Shown here: positions 13,500 through 25,543 of the stretch, piece after piece
How the letters are laid out: every line of letters begins with the position of its first letter
Numbering within the stretch: position 1 is the first letter of the stretch
Assembly: GCA_964016885.1 (NCBI GenBank)
Contig: OZ024746.1
Coordinates: 98,208,001-98,272,000 of the forward strand
DNA: 64,000 bases
From: Eledone cirrhosa
Lineage: Eukaryota
Direction: 5' to 3'
Program-made: the position numbers and the translations under genes
Notes under the pieces: model-generated
Told to the model about the DNA's origin: nothing
Databases searched by the model: none
Seen by the model: the letters and a program-made list of their open reading frames with translations, nothing else

Positions 13500-13910
13500 C
13501 ATACAGAGTCGTCGTCGTCGTCGTCGTCGTCGTCTTCTTCTTCTTCTTCTTCTTCTTTTTTCTTCTTTTTCTTTTTCTTTTACTTCTTTTTCTTTTTCTT
13601 CTTTTTCTTCTTTTTCTTCTTTTTCTTCTTTTTCTTCTTTTTCTTCTTTTTCTTTTTCTTTTTCTTTTTTTCTCTCCTTTCTTCTTTTTTCCTTTTTCTT
13701 CTTTTACTTTTTTCTTTTTCTTCTTTTTCTTCTTTTTCTTATTTTTTCTCATTTCTTCTTCTTCTTCTTCTTCTTCTTCTTCTTCTTCTTCTTCATCATG
13801 AGAGGGTTGTGGGAGGCAGAGTCCTCAAACACTCCCTCCATCGGGTCCTGTCAGAAGCAACTCTTACGAACTGATCCGGTTGGATCCCAGTTGAACCAAT
13901 CATATTTGAT
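13500..13910 (-). mobile_element. LINE (RTE-like) 3' end with expanded (GAA)n tail
   Basis: The same ~100-bp 3' end (CTTCTGACAGGACCC...GTGTTTGAGGACTCTGC) is at 34265-34340 and 53925-54056. Each copy is followed by a GAA-rich tract. Confidence 0.55.
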
Positions 13911-13957
13911 TCTTGTTTTATAAATCAAAAAATAAATCTAATGTAAAATGGCGCCCG

Positions 13958-14336
13958 TTGTGTTTCAATGTGTTTCAATATATTTCAATATGTTTCAATA
14001 TGTTTCAATATATTTCAATGTATTTCAATATATATCAATATATTTCAATATATTTCAATATATTTCAATATATTTCAATGTGTTTCAATATATTTCAATA
14101 TGTTTCAATATATTTCAATGTATTTCAATATATATCAATATATTTCAATATATTTCAATATATTTCAATATATTTCAATATATATCAATATATTTCAATA
14201 TGTTTCAATGTGTTTCAATATATTTCAATATGTTTCAATATATTTCAATGTATTTCAATATATATCAATATATTTCAATATATTTCAATATATTTCAATA
14301 TATTTCAATGTGTTTCAATGTGTTTCAATGTGTTTC
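13958..14336. repeat. 10-bp minisatellite (TRTTTCAATR)n
   Basis: Direct inspection. Confidence 0.95.
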
Positions 14337-14406
14337 CTATAAACTGTTGAGTGCTACTTAACCGATATTTGCATTGTTTTATTGTGTTACAATAAAACTC
14401 ACCTCA

Positions 14407-14443
<37 letters not shown>

Positions 14444-14451
14444 TATATATA

Positions 14452-16387
14452 GTGATGTGGGATGAACCGAACGTCCGGCTAAGGTACCCTACGTTTCTGA
14501 ATTTGTTTAACAAGATTCTTTATCTGAAAACGTGTGTTGAAACCGATATTGTTATACTTTGGGAGGGTCATGTTGCCAATAAGAAACACACGCACCAGTT
14601 GCTTTCACTCCAATTTATTTTAAATTAAAGAAATTTGTAAATTTCCGGCTGGTTGGTTGGTTCCACAACCGGACGGTTGTTCATACATTGTCAAAGTTCT
14701 TTCGTCACACATGCTGTAACCTCATCATTGACCGGGGATTCTTTTCTTTGTTTTGTACCTCTCCTTTGTTCTGGCCTACGCCATCTTGTGTTTGTGTGTG
14801 TTGTGTGCTTAGTTTGCGCATGTGTTACATCCGGGTGTCTGTGTGTGTTTTTATTTGTTTATTTATTTGTTTATTTACATGTTACTAGTAGGTTGTTTGT
14901 TCTATGTGTGTGTGTTTTCATTTTGTCCTTAATTGTAAGTTGTGATGTTGCTATTCCATTCATGTTTTCTATTTAATTTTGGTTGGAGTTCATTTATGTT
15001 TATTGCCTCTGTGAATTGTCTAAACATTGCGTCTTTTCTGTGTGTAGATTTTATTTTTATTTCTACGTTCTCTAATTTGCCTTTATGTTCTATTTTAGCA
15101 TGTTGGTAGAGTACTGATGAGTCTTTTCTATCTTGAAGCTCTCACCAGTGTTCATTTAATCGTTCTACTATACTACGAGCTGTCTCACCTATGTACACTA
15201 TATTCTTATCTTTACTTTGTCCCTCAATACATCTTATGCTATATACTATGTTTCTAGTTTTGCAGTTAATATGGGGACTTAGTTTACAGATTATGCATTT
15301 CTTATCTATACAGGGAGATCTTTGAAAAGGGTATGTATTGCTAATAAGTGTTTTTATGGAGGTACCTGGTCTTTCTACTATCTTAATATTTAGTTTAAGT
15401 TTATCTGGGGCCCTTCTAAATTTGTAAGCTAGTTCACCTCTAGGGGTTGTATTGATGAACATTACACTCTGGTATTTATTGCTATCATACCATGAGTTTA
15501 TTCTATTAACCTTATTCCTAGTTATTTCTATTCTATTCCAAACTTTGCTCCTATACAAGGGGCAGGTCCCATTTGTATCCTTATTTACAATCTTTTCCCA
15601 TTTGGTTCTGGCTCCTCTATATACTCTAATTTTATCTCTCTGATGGTAACCAGAGAACTGCATACGGTGGATGAAATGTTGTATGTGTCTCTCTAGTTCT
15701 TTGGGGTTGCACATGCGGGACACATTCCTCATCCCACGCACTAAATTAGCAAGCAGTATGTTAATTTTGATGTGATCCGAAAACAGCTGAGTTTCGGTGG
15801 ATCAGGTATTTGGAAGTCATGGGTTTGGGATAATGGGAATGGAGGATTTGTTTTTTGTTATTAATGGTTTCTAACCAGAGCTCCGTGTCTAGTACAGGTA
15901 ATCGATGGTTGGGGTGTTTGCTTGGGTAGTATATAGTAACTCTAATACTCTGGTGGATGGAGTTAGCTATTTTCTGGATGCTTTCCATGGTGTTTTTCTC
16001 TAATTCCTGACTGTTCTCTAGTGGGGGTGTTTTTACTACGATGTTTATATCATCAAGGTAGCGAGAGTACATTATCAGGGTTAAGAGGTTGCTGTCTTCT
16101 AATTGTTCTTTAAGTTTATTGTCCCACCATACCATGAATAGGTTAGCTATGTCACCTGCAATGCTAACACCAATGAGGTAATGGTAGGTGGTCTGCCTCT
16201 TGCTGGCCTTGTGGGGCAGAGGTTGTAAGGTCATACGTATCTAAATAATCATTATTATAAGTAAGTTTAAGTAGGAGTCCCAGAAATTTACAAATTTCTT
16301 AAATTTATTAATTTAATTTATAATAAATCGGAGTGAAAGCAACTGGTGCGTGTGTTTCTTATTGGCAACATGACCCTCCCAAAGTAT

Positions 16388-16393
<6 letters not shown>
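14452..16393 (-). mobile_element. Decayed Penelope-like element (Neptune-like), 5'-truncated with an inverted partial pLTR
   Basis: ORF 15761-16234 has GVSIAGDIANLFM, YSRYLDD, LPVLD and HYPKPM (PLE RT). ORF 15142-15741 has CxxxxCxxC...C, NIVYSIRC and VYIGETARSIVERLNEH (GIY-YIG). 16283-16393 is an inverted copy of 14547-14645. (TA)n lies on both sides. Confidence 0.9.
14690..14732 (-). ncRNA. Hammerhead motif with C3A mutation (probably inactive)
   Basis: GTCA ATGATGA G GTTACA GCATG TGTGAC GAAA GAAC TT TGAC. The paralogue at 43620-43662 has an intact CTGAAGA core. Confidence 0.6.
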
Positions 16394-16428
<35 letters not shown>

Positions 16429-17079
16429 GTAAATTGTTTTAGCTCAGATTTTATAACGCCCCTTTGTATATTTTCAGAGTTATTCCATCGTTTTATGTCT
16501 CTTTAATGAATCGTATTACAGCAATCATCTGGCAAATGTTATCAACAATATATTTCCTTTCAGCTAGTAAGAATTCACCTAAAACATAGAAGGCCATGTA
16601 TAAACTATAACATAAATATTACTTCCGCTATATTTACACCTGTGATTCTATTTTATGGCACTTCACAATGAAAAATACAATAAAAAATATTTATTGATTG
16701 ACCATTTATTCCAAATACGTTTTATTCCGATGTCGAATATAAAAAAATAAAAGCGAAACTATATATCTGGTAGTGAGATTCTTCTGAATATTTTAGCGCT
16801 ATCTATCACACACACACGTTTTATATATATCTATATATGTATTTATATGTGTATATATATATAATATATAAATATGTATATGTATACATATATTTATATA
16901 TATATGTGTATATATGTGTATATATTTATATATATGTGTATATATGTGCATATATGTATATACACACACATGTTTTTATATATATCTATATATGTATGTA
17001 TATGTGTGTATAGATATATCTATATACGTATATTTATGTGTGTATATATAAATATGTATATATATATATATATATATAT

Positions 17080-17221
17080 AGGAACCAGTAAGACCCCGAC
17101 AGCTGAGCTCAAGCCGTTTCGACGGCTAATTCTGGAGTCCACTATTACCCACTCTACTACCTCAAGTATTGAGTACTTTGGTGCGTTATGGTCCACCTGG
17201 TTCCTTACCACATTTCCTTCG

Positions 17222-17223
<2 letters not shown>
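17080..17223. mobile_element. Short PLE pLTR remnant (U3-A8 HHR family): inverted fragment plus tail in (TA)n
   Basis: Matches the family at 25290-25497, 32700-32923 and 39810-40858. Only the 3' half of the HHR is retained. Confidence 0.8.
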
Positions 17224-17301
<78 letters not shown>

Positions 17302-17349
17302 ATACATATATGTATATGTGTGCATTATATATATATTCTTATACACATC

Positions 17350-17406
<57 letters not shown>

Positions 17407-17454
17407 AAATAATGAATAAAACAATGAAACAGTTCCTTATATTAAACAAAAAAG

Positions 17455-17608
17455 TTCATTATTTAACGATCGTTTCTAGGATATATATGTGTTAGAATTG
17501 GCATGCATATTCAACAGATCTATGTACAAAATTATACAAAATTATACAAACTATCAAAATTAAATATACATACCAACACATATATATGCCGTCTTCAGAA
17601 ATAATGAA
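17455..17608 (-). ncRNA. Hammerhead ribozyme with very long stem II (inverted pLTR copy)
   Basis: Reverse complement of 24254-24407. Confidence 0.65.
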
Positions 17609-18041
17609 ATATATTTATTGATAATAACAACAATTCAAAATTACAGGTCTGTTTGGGAACAGAGTTCAAATTGACCAATGAAAACACAAAAAGTTTATAC
17701 AGTTAGGTGTGTGTATATATGTAAGTAACATCGTTCACAGATATGCATAAAAATATATGTTCACATGCATACGCATGCCGAAAAGATGTATGTAAATACA
17801 AAAATTCAAGGCTAATGTCTCTGTATGTTTATAATCTACAGATAAAATACGTATACGCATATAAACATATAAATATAAAAATAAATATATACACACATTC
17901 ATATACTCACACATATACGTACATTCACACACACACGCGCGTATACGCATAAACATACACACAATCACGAACATACATACACACACACACCCCCACACAC
18001 ATATATGTGTATATACTATTATCATAAGCATATGGACATTA

Positions 18042-20294
18042 ATGCGCGCACATAAACACTGCCACACATATTTAGATCCAGATACAGAAAGTAATTTAAT
18101 TAAACACCTCAAATTTAAAAAGTATAAATCTGTCTTTCAAAAGGACCTTGATTCTACCCTATTGGACCTAAAAAAGTCTAAAAAAATCCATGTCCACTCG
18201 GACAAAACTGGTAACTTGTATCACATGGATATTGAAGATTATAATGAGTTCATATATAAAGAACTCAGGAAAAATTATAAAAAATCTAATAATGCGTCAC
18301 TCACCAACATCAACAACAAAACACACAACATAGTAAAAAAACTAAACATTGAAGATAGAACTGAACCTTTGGCATTGAAAAGACCACACTTCAACCTGAA
18401 GGATCATAAATCAAACTTTAACTCAAATCCTTCTATAAGACTTATATGTCCCTCCAAATCTGATATTGGAATAATTAGCAAACAAATTTTGGATAGAGTC
18501 ATCCCACAAATAAGAAAACACGTTATTTTACCACTCTGGGAAAACACTTCCCAGGTAATTAACTGGTTTAAAAATATTAGATGTAAATCTTCTGCTTCAT
18601 TTCTACAATTTGATATAGATAATTACTATTCTTCTATATCACCTATACTCCTGAACAAAGCATTGATATTTGCTAAAAATAGATCTAACTTAACTTTGGA
18701 TGACATTAATATTATTACACATGCTAGATTAACACTTATTGAATTTCAGAATGAATACTGGACCAGAAACACATATAGTAATCTATTTGATATTACTATG
18801 GGTTCAAGCGATTCCGCCCAAATTACTGATCTTGTGGGCCTCTTTCTCCTTTTCAACATAAATGCCTCCTTTCCCCACCTTAAAGGTGGTTTATATCGTG
18901 ATGACTGTCTTCTTCTTTCCAACAACCTTAGCCTTTCAGAAATAGAAAAAAACAAAAAGCATAATAGAACTTTCCTTAAAGACTATTATAGTCTTCATAT
19001 TACTTTTGAAAAAACAAGTAAAGTAGTAAATTTCCTAGATATAACTTTAGACTTAGCTACGGGTATCTACCAACCTTACCATAAACCCAACCAAAACTTA
19101 CACTACATACACTCACAATCTAATCACCCTAAATCTATCCTTAAAAACCTTGCATATAATATATCACTTAGAATTTCTAACCTTTCTTCTAACCAAGATG
19201 TATTTGATAAAAATGCGACCTTCTATAACGAAGCTCTAGATAGAAGTGGCCACAAAAATAGATTAGAATATATACCTTCTACTAAAAATACTATAAACAT
19301 ACAACCTAATATTACCAACAAACACCAAATGAAAAGTACACACCTAAATGCCACCCACACTATACCCCAAAATACCAACAACTCTTCTAATATAAAGTAT
19401 AGTAACTCTCAAAAAACTACTCATCATACAACTCTAATAAATGTTAATAATAAAACACCTAATAAACAAGATAAAACACCTAAATCTACAAATCTAACTA
19501 AAAATGTGCGTGGTGAGATCATTAACATTAATCCTCCTAGTAAACATCACGATACAACCTATAAAAATAATAAACAACATAGAAACCGTAATAGACGAGT
19601 TACTTGGTATAATGCTCCATTTAATTTACAAATTAAGGATAATATTGCTAAAAAAAATTTTTATATCCTAGAGAAAAACTTCCCGCCAAACCACAAATAC
19701 CATCAAATCTTAAATAGGTCTACAGTTAAATTCTCATACTCAACAACAAATAACATAAAACAAAATATAAGTGCCTATAATGCATATAAATGTAAGAATA
19801 CCATAAGTATACCACCAATACATCAAACTAACCATAATATCTCCTCAAATACAGAATTAACGAAAGGTTGTAACTGTAGAAACAAAGCAAACTGCCCATT
19901 AAAAGGAAATTGTCTTGTTAACAACATAGTTTATAAATGTAATGTTAAAACTAAAGATTCTATTTGCTCATATATAGGAGCTACTTCTAACAATTTTAAG
20001 GTAAGGTTTAATACCCACAAACATAGTTTTAAAAATGCCGCACTGGCTAATACAACATCTCTAGCAGAAAAAATCAATAGTTATAAAAATAAGAATATAG
20101 AATATGATATGACCTGGAGTGTGCTCAAAAGAGCCACCCCTTATCAAAATAATAGAAATGAATGTAGATTATGTTCCCAAGAACTATTTGAAATAATGAA
20201 ATCTAAGGATATCCTATTAAATAAACGACAGGAATTAATTATATCGTGTAATCATAAACTAAGAAAAACATTTAAATATTATAAACCTAATTAA
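18042..20294 (+). CDS. Penelope-like reverse transcriptase + C-terminal GIY-YIG endonuclease (Naiad-like), N-terminally truncated
   Basis: Motifs: SDKTGNLY, LKDHK, RLICPSKSDIG, FLQFDIDNYY, TMGSSDSAQITDLVG, GLYRDD, VNFLDITLDL, HSQSNHP, WYNAP, FSYS, CNC..C..C, IVYKC..YIG..FKVRFNTH, CRLC, LLNKRQE..CNH. The first 17 codons come from the inverted pLTR. Confidence 0.95.
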   Translation: MRAHKHCHTYLDPDTESNLIKHLKFKKYKSVFQKDLDSTLLDLKKSKKIHVHSDKTGNLYHMDIEDYNEFIYKELRKNYKKSNNASLTNINNKTHNIVKKLNIEDRTEPLALKRPHFNLKDHKSNFNSNPSIRLICPSKSDIGIISKQILDRVIPQIRKHVILPLWENTSQVINWFKNIRCKSSASFLQFDIDNYYSSISPILLNKALIFAKNRSNLTLDDINIITHARLTLIEFQNEYWTRNTYSNLFDITMGSSDSAQITDLVGLFLLFNINASFPHLKGGLYRDDCLLLSNNLSLSEIEKNKKHNRTFLKDYYSLHITFEKTSKVVNFLDITLDLATGIYQPYHKPNQNLHYIHSQSNHPKSILKNLAYNISLRISNLSSNQDVFDKNATFYNEALDRSGHKNRLEYIPSTKNTINIQPNITNKHQMKSTHLNATHTIPQNTNNSSNIKYSNSQKTTHHTTLINVNNKTPNKQDKTPKSTNLTKNVRGEIININPPSKHHDTTYKNNKQHRNRNRRVTWYNAPFNLQIKDNIAKKNFYILEKNFPPNHKYHQILNRSTVKFSYSTTNNIKQNISAYNAYKCKNTISIPPIHQTNHNISSNTELTKGCNCRNKANCPLKGNCLVNNIVYKCNVKTKDSICSYIGATSNNFKVRFNTHKHSFKNAALANTTSLAEKINSYKNKNIEYDMTWSVLKRATPYQNNRNECRLCSQELFEIMKSKDILLNKRQELIISCNHKLRKTFKYYKPN

Positions 20295-21533
20295 TAACAT
20301 TATTTTAGAAATTAATATATAATTTAATTTAAATGTTAGTTAACCTATAAATTTAATTTAATTAAAATTCTACTACAGATGAGATTATAAAATATTGTGT
20401 AATCATAAATTGTGAAAAACTTTTAAATATTACTAATATATACTTCGTAAATTAATTTATAGATTAATTTTAATTTATTTAACCTTTTATTAAAATTCCT
20501 TTACAGATAAAATATAACAAAATATCGTGTATTCAATGACAGAGAAATAATTTTTAATATTATAGACCTAATTAATGTACATTTTAGAAATATATATATA
20601 ATTTGGTTTTAAATTTGTTTAACCTAAAAATTTAATTTAATTGGCTTAAAATTAATATCCTAATACAGATGGATTGCAGAGTGTCATGTAATCATAGACT
20701 GAGATAGGTTTTGGATGTATACCTAGTTAATATATTCTTTGCAATTTTTGAAAGAATATGTATATGTATGTATATATATGTATATATATATATATATATG
20801 TATATGTATATATATATGTGTATGTATTAATTTTAATTTCTGTTTACCTATAATTATATTCTACTATAGATAAAATACAATATCTGTTTTAATTATTATA
20901 AACCAAATTAACATATACTATAGAAATTAATATATAATTTTTAATTTAGTTAACCTATAATTTATATTCTACTACCGATGTAATACTTTATTTGTTTTTT
21001 TCCCTATTACTAAATTCATTTCCTAATATTGATACCATAACGTTAATAATTTTAATTTAGTTATACTATAATTAATACTCTACTACTATTTAACTTCAAA
21101 ATTCCGCTTCAAATATTATAAACCTAAGTAGTATACACCTTAGAAATCAATATATTAACTATCTTTAATTTAGTTAACCTATAATTAATAGTCTACTTAT
21201 ATTAAAATGCATAATTTTGCCTTCTTTCTTACATTTCCTAATACTGAAACTACTATGTAAACACATATTATGATCTAAATGCAGATTAATATTCTATGTT
21301 TCTTGAAACCTATATTTACTATAATCCCCTCCCCCCCTTCCCCCCTATTATTATTTGTATTTGTAAGCGTGGATGTATGTATGTATATGTAGGTAGGTAT
21401 GTATGTTTGGGTGTTTGTATGTGACTATAAAAATACATATGTGCGCATGTAAATAAGGGTGTATGATTGTGTGTATATATATATATATATATATGTGTAT
21501 ATATATATATGTGTATATATATATATATATATA

Positions 21534-21942
21534 TACCTGGTTGATCCTGCCAGTAGTCATATGCTTGTCTCAAAGCTTAAGCCATGCAAGTGTAAGTTCA
21601 TGCCGTAAACGAATGGTGAAACCGCGAATGGCTCAGGAACCGGACCTAATCCTCGGGACCGTATTCCTCACCGCGAGGAGAGTGGATAACTGTGGCAATT
21701 CTAGAGCTAATACATGCAACTGAGGCCGCGATCGCAGGTCGCACCCGGGAGTCGGGTTACAAACGCGCTCAGCGTTCCATCGCTGTCGTCGTTCCGTCTT
21801 CCCGCGCGGTCCCAACAGATCGCGTCGACACGGTCGGCCTTCGCATTGGTCGCGGCGCAAATATTAGACTGAGACCGACGACGCGTCAGATGCCGTCAGC
21901 GCCGTTCGCAGTTCGCTGCGTGCCGGTTGCGCGGTGTCGCGC
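21534..21942 (+). pseudogene. 18S rRNA 5' fragment (~410 nt), dispersed copy
   Basis: Begins TACCTGGTTGATCCTGCCAGTAGTCATATGCTTGTCTCAAAG. Contains GTGAAACCGCGAATGGCTCA and TGGATAACTGTGGCAATTCTAGAGCTAATACATGC, then a GC-rich V2-type expansion. No ETS upstream; the sequence there is (TA)n. Confidence 0.95.
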
Positions 21943-21949
21943 ATATAAT

Positions 21950-22170
21950 GTGAAGGCGTGTGGCTGAGTGGTTAGAGAATTGGATTCGCAATCGTAAGGT
22001 TGTGAGTTCGATTCCTGGACCAGGCGATGCGTTATGTCCTTGAGCAAGACACTTTATTTCACGTTGCTCCTTCTACCTGGAGTTGCGACCGATAGATAGT
22101 ATTAGCAATTGGAAAGACCAACGGAAACATTGTTTCCTCGGTCCGATTTGACGAAAGTCGATCGTCCTGG
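21950..22170 (+). mobile_element. tRNA-derived SINE, family B
   Basis: TGGCTGAGTGG (A box), GAGTTCGATTCC (B box) and TGTCCTTGAGCAAGACACTTTATTTCACGTTGCTCC. Related copies at 10190, 31080, 56935 and 57552. Confidence 0.88.
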
Positions 22171-22317
22171 AAAATATATATATGTATATATATATATATA
22201 TATGTATCTATGTATTTATGTGGGTATATGTGTGTATGTATATGTATGCACATGTATACGTCTATGTGTATATGTGTGTATGTGTATATATGTACGTATG
22301 TGCGCATGTATATGTGA

Positions 22318-22349
<32 letters not shown>

Positions 22350-22395
22350 TTGTAGTTGATGTGTGTATGTGTATATATATATATGTATGTATATG

Positions 22396-22440
<45 letters not shown>

Positions 22441-22536
22441 ATATATATATGTATATGTATGTGTGTGCATATTTGTCTGACTGTGTGTATTAATTTATTT
22501 ATTTATTTATTTCTTTTATTTCTTTATTTTTTTATA

Positions 22537-22626
<90 letters not shown>

Positions 22627-23032
22627 TATGTGTGTATGTATGTGTATGTATGTGTGTGTGTGAGTGTACGTGTGTATATATTTATATGTGTATATGTATC
22701 TCTATTTATATATGTATATATGTGTATGTATATCCCTTTATTTATGTATGTCTGAGTTGTGTGAGCGTGTGTATATGTATGTGTATGTATGTGTGTGTGT
22801 ACGTGTGTATATATTTATATGTGTATATGTATCTCTATTTATATTTGTATATATGTGTATGTATATCCCTTTATTTATGTATGTCTGAGTTGTGTGAACG
22901 TGTGGTGGTGATTGTATGTATATACGCATACATGGATGTGTATGTATGTGTATATATGCGTATATGTATGTGTGTATGTATGTGTGTATATATGTATGTC
23001 TATGTATGAGTATGTATGTGTGTGTATGTATA

Positions 23033-23101
<69 letters not shown>

Positions 23102-23159
23102 TATATGTGTGTGTGTATGTATATATATCTTTGTATATGTGTATGTATATATGTGTGTA

Positions 23160-23206
<47 letters not shown>

Positions 23207-23292
23207 ATATGTATATATATATATATATATATATGTGTGGGTATGTATGTGTATGTGTGTATATACATGAGTGTGTCTATATATGTGTGTAG

Positions 23293-23324
<32 letters not shown>

Positions 23325-23613
23325 GTGTGTTGTGAATTTATATATATATGTATGTGTGTATGTTTATATTTTATATATATATGTGTGTATATGTGTATAT
23401 GTCTATGTATTTATATGTGTATATGTATGTGTCTCTATATGTATGCGTGTGTGTATGTGTATGTGTATTTATATGGTGTGTGTATGTATATGTATGTGTA
23501 TGTATGTGTTTATGTATATGTGTATGTATATGTATGTATATATATGTATATATATATATATGTATATATATATGTATATGTATCTATATCGATGTATATT
23601 TTATATTTTACTT

Positions 23614-23658
<45 letters not shown>

Positions 23659-24253
23659 CTTAATATATTTCTTTTTTCTTTTTATTTTTATTTCTAAATT
23701 TATAGATACATTTATAAATAGGCAGTTTGCTGACACCGCTAAATACTGACCTCTTCCCCCCCCCCACCTACTTTCTGTATCTGGATCTAAATATGTGTGG
23801 CAGTGTTTATGTGCGCGCATTAATGTCCATATGCTTATGATAATAGTATATACACATATATGTGTGTGGGGGTGTGTGTGTGTATGTATGTTCGTGGTTG
23901 TGTGTATGTTTATGCGTATACGCGCGTGTGTGTGTGAATGTACGTATATGTGTGGGTATATGAATGTGTGTATATATTTATTTTTATATTTATATGTTTA
24001 TATGCGTATACGTATTTTATCTGTAGATTATAAACATACAGAGACATTAGCCTTGAATTTTTGTATTTACATTCATCTTTTCGGCATGCGTATGCATGGG
24101 AACATATATTTTTATGCATATCTGTGAACGATGTTACTTACATATATACACACACCTAACTGTATAAACTTTTTGTGTTTTCATTGGTCAATTTGAACTC
24201 TGTTCCCAAACAGACCTGTAATTTTGAATTGTTGTTATTATCAATAAATATAT

Positions 24254-24407
24254 TTCATTATTTCTGAAGACGGCATATATATGTGTTGGTATGTATATTT
24301 AATTTTGATAGTTTGTATAATTTTGTATAATTTTGTACATAGATCTGTTGAGTATGCATGCCAATTCTAACACATATATATCCTAGAAACGATCGTTAAA
24401 TAATGAA
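24254..24407 (+). ncRNA. Hammerhead ribozyme with ~115-nt stem II domain in the 3' pLTR
   Basis: TTCATTATTT CTGAAGA c GG c ATATATATGTGTTGG ... CTAACACATATATAT CC ta GAAA C GATC G TT AAATAATGAA. Perfect 10-bp stem I, palindromic stem III, GUU site. Confidence 0.7.
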
Positions 24408-24616
24408 CTTTTTTTGTTTAATATAAGGAACTGTTTCATTGTTTTATTCATTATTTTTTTAATATTTTATCTTGACTCTGTATTCCGCTTATCTTTCACC
24501 GAAAGTGATTTTTCATTGCAGCTCTTCTTTCCATGATATCCGGATTACATTGAGTTCTTCATACGGATTGGACACTACCGTAAACTCTTGGTAGATTTAT
24601 CTACATATATATATAG

Positions 24617-24693
<77 letters not shown>

Positions 24694-25161
24694 CATACAC
24701 ACACACAAATAAATTATTTATTTCCATTCTATAAATGCCAATAAATATTCAATTTTATATAATGTAATGATAATGTTTATGTTATTTTTCGCAAGTCTTG
24801 CCTGGTCTGTATAGAAGCAGACGATAGAAAACTGAAGCCAGGCTTTTCTTGCCATTAAAGAAGCGATCAATAACCTTAGAGATACCACAATGTGACATTT
24901 CATTGAATTTATCTTGTGTTATTTTTTATGTTCTGTTATGTTACGTAGCGCAAATTTACGTTGATAAAATGTGTCATCATATTATTTCTATAGTTTTTTC
25001 GCTGTTACATTTTGTTATTCCTATCGCATACAAAGTAGTAGTTGTCTTGTTATGCTATCACAGTAGGTATATTGTACATGGTACATATATTGATATATGT
25101 GTGAGTGTGTGTAACCGTTTAAGTACATGCATGCACGCACACACACACACACACACACACA

Positions 25162-25246
<85 letters not shown>

Positions 25247-25248
25247 GA

Positions 25249-25289
<41 letters not shown>

Positions 25290-25291
<2 letters not shown>

Positions 25292-25495
25292 AACGAGTAG
25301 GACCCCGACGGCTGAGCTCAAGCCGTTTCGACGGCTTATTCTGTTTAGTCCAGAATTTAGTCCAGAATTAGCCGTCGAAACGGCTTGAGCTCAGCCGTCG
25401 GGGTCCTACTCGTTCCTATTACCCACTCTAATACCCTAAGTATTGAGTACTTTGGTGTATTATGGTCCACCTGGTTCCTTACCACATTTCCTTCG

Positions 25496-25497
<2 letters not shown>
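25290..25497 (+). mobile_element. Short foldback PLE pLTR remnant (U3-A8 family) in (TA)n
   Basis: 25290-25343 is inverted relative to 25363-25416, followed by the family tail and (TA)n. Confidence 0.85.

Positions 25498-25543
<46 letters not shown>

Larger units (their letters stand above)
17393..24604 (+). mobile_element. Penelope-like element (Naiad-type) with inverted ~700-bp pseudo-LTRs
   Basis: 17393-18093 is a near-identical reverse complement of 23769-24470. The RT+GIY-YIG ORF lies between them, the pLTR carries an HHR, and a ~130-bp tail occupies 24471-24604. (TA)n lies on both flanks. Confidence 0.92.

Noticed and set aside
18042-20294. Selenoprotein/SECIS recoding as reported for some Naiad PLEs
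   Set aside because: The ORF has no in-frame TGA and ends in TAA. No SECIS was recognised.
21534-21942. Functional rDNA unit
   Set aside because: Only about 410 nt of 18S, with no ETS, ITS, 5.8S or 28S, and flanked by microsatellite and a SINE.
22170-23700. Many Y/I/C/V-rich ORFs here and at 16874, 28034, 29364, 36846 and 63439
   Set aside because: Translations of (TA)n, (TG)n and (CT)n microsatellites.
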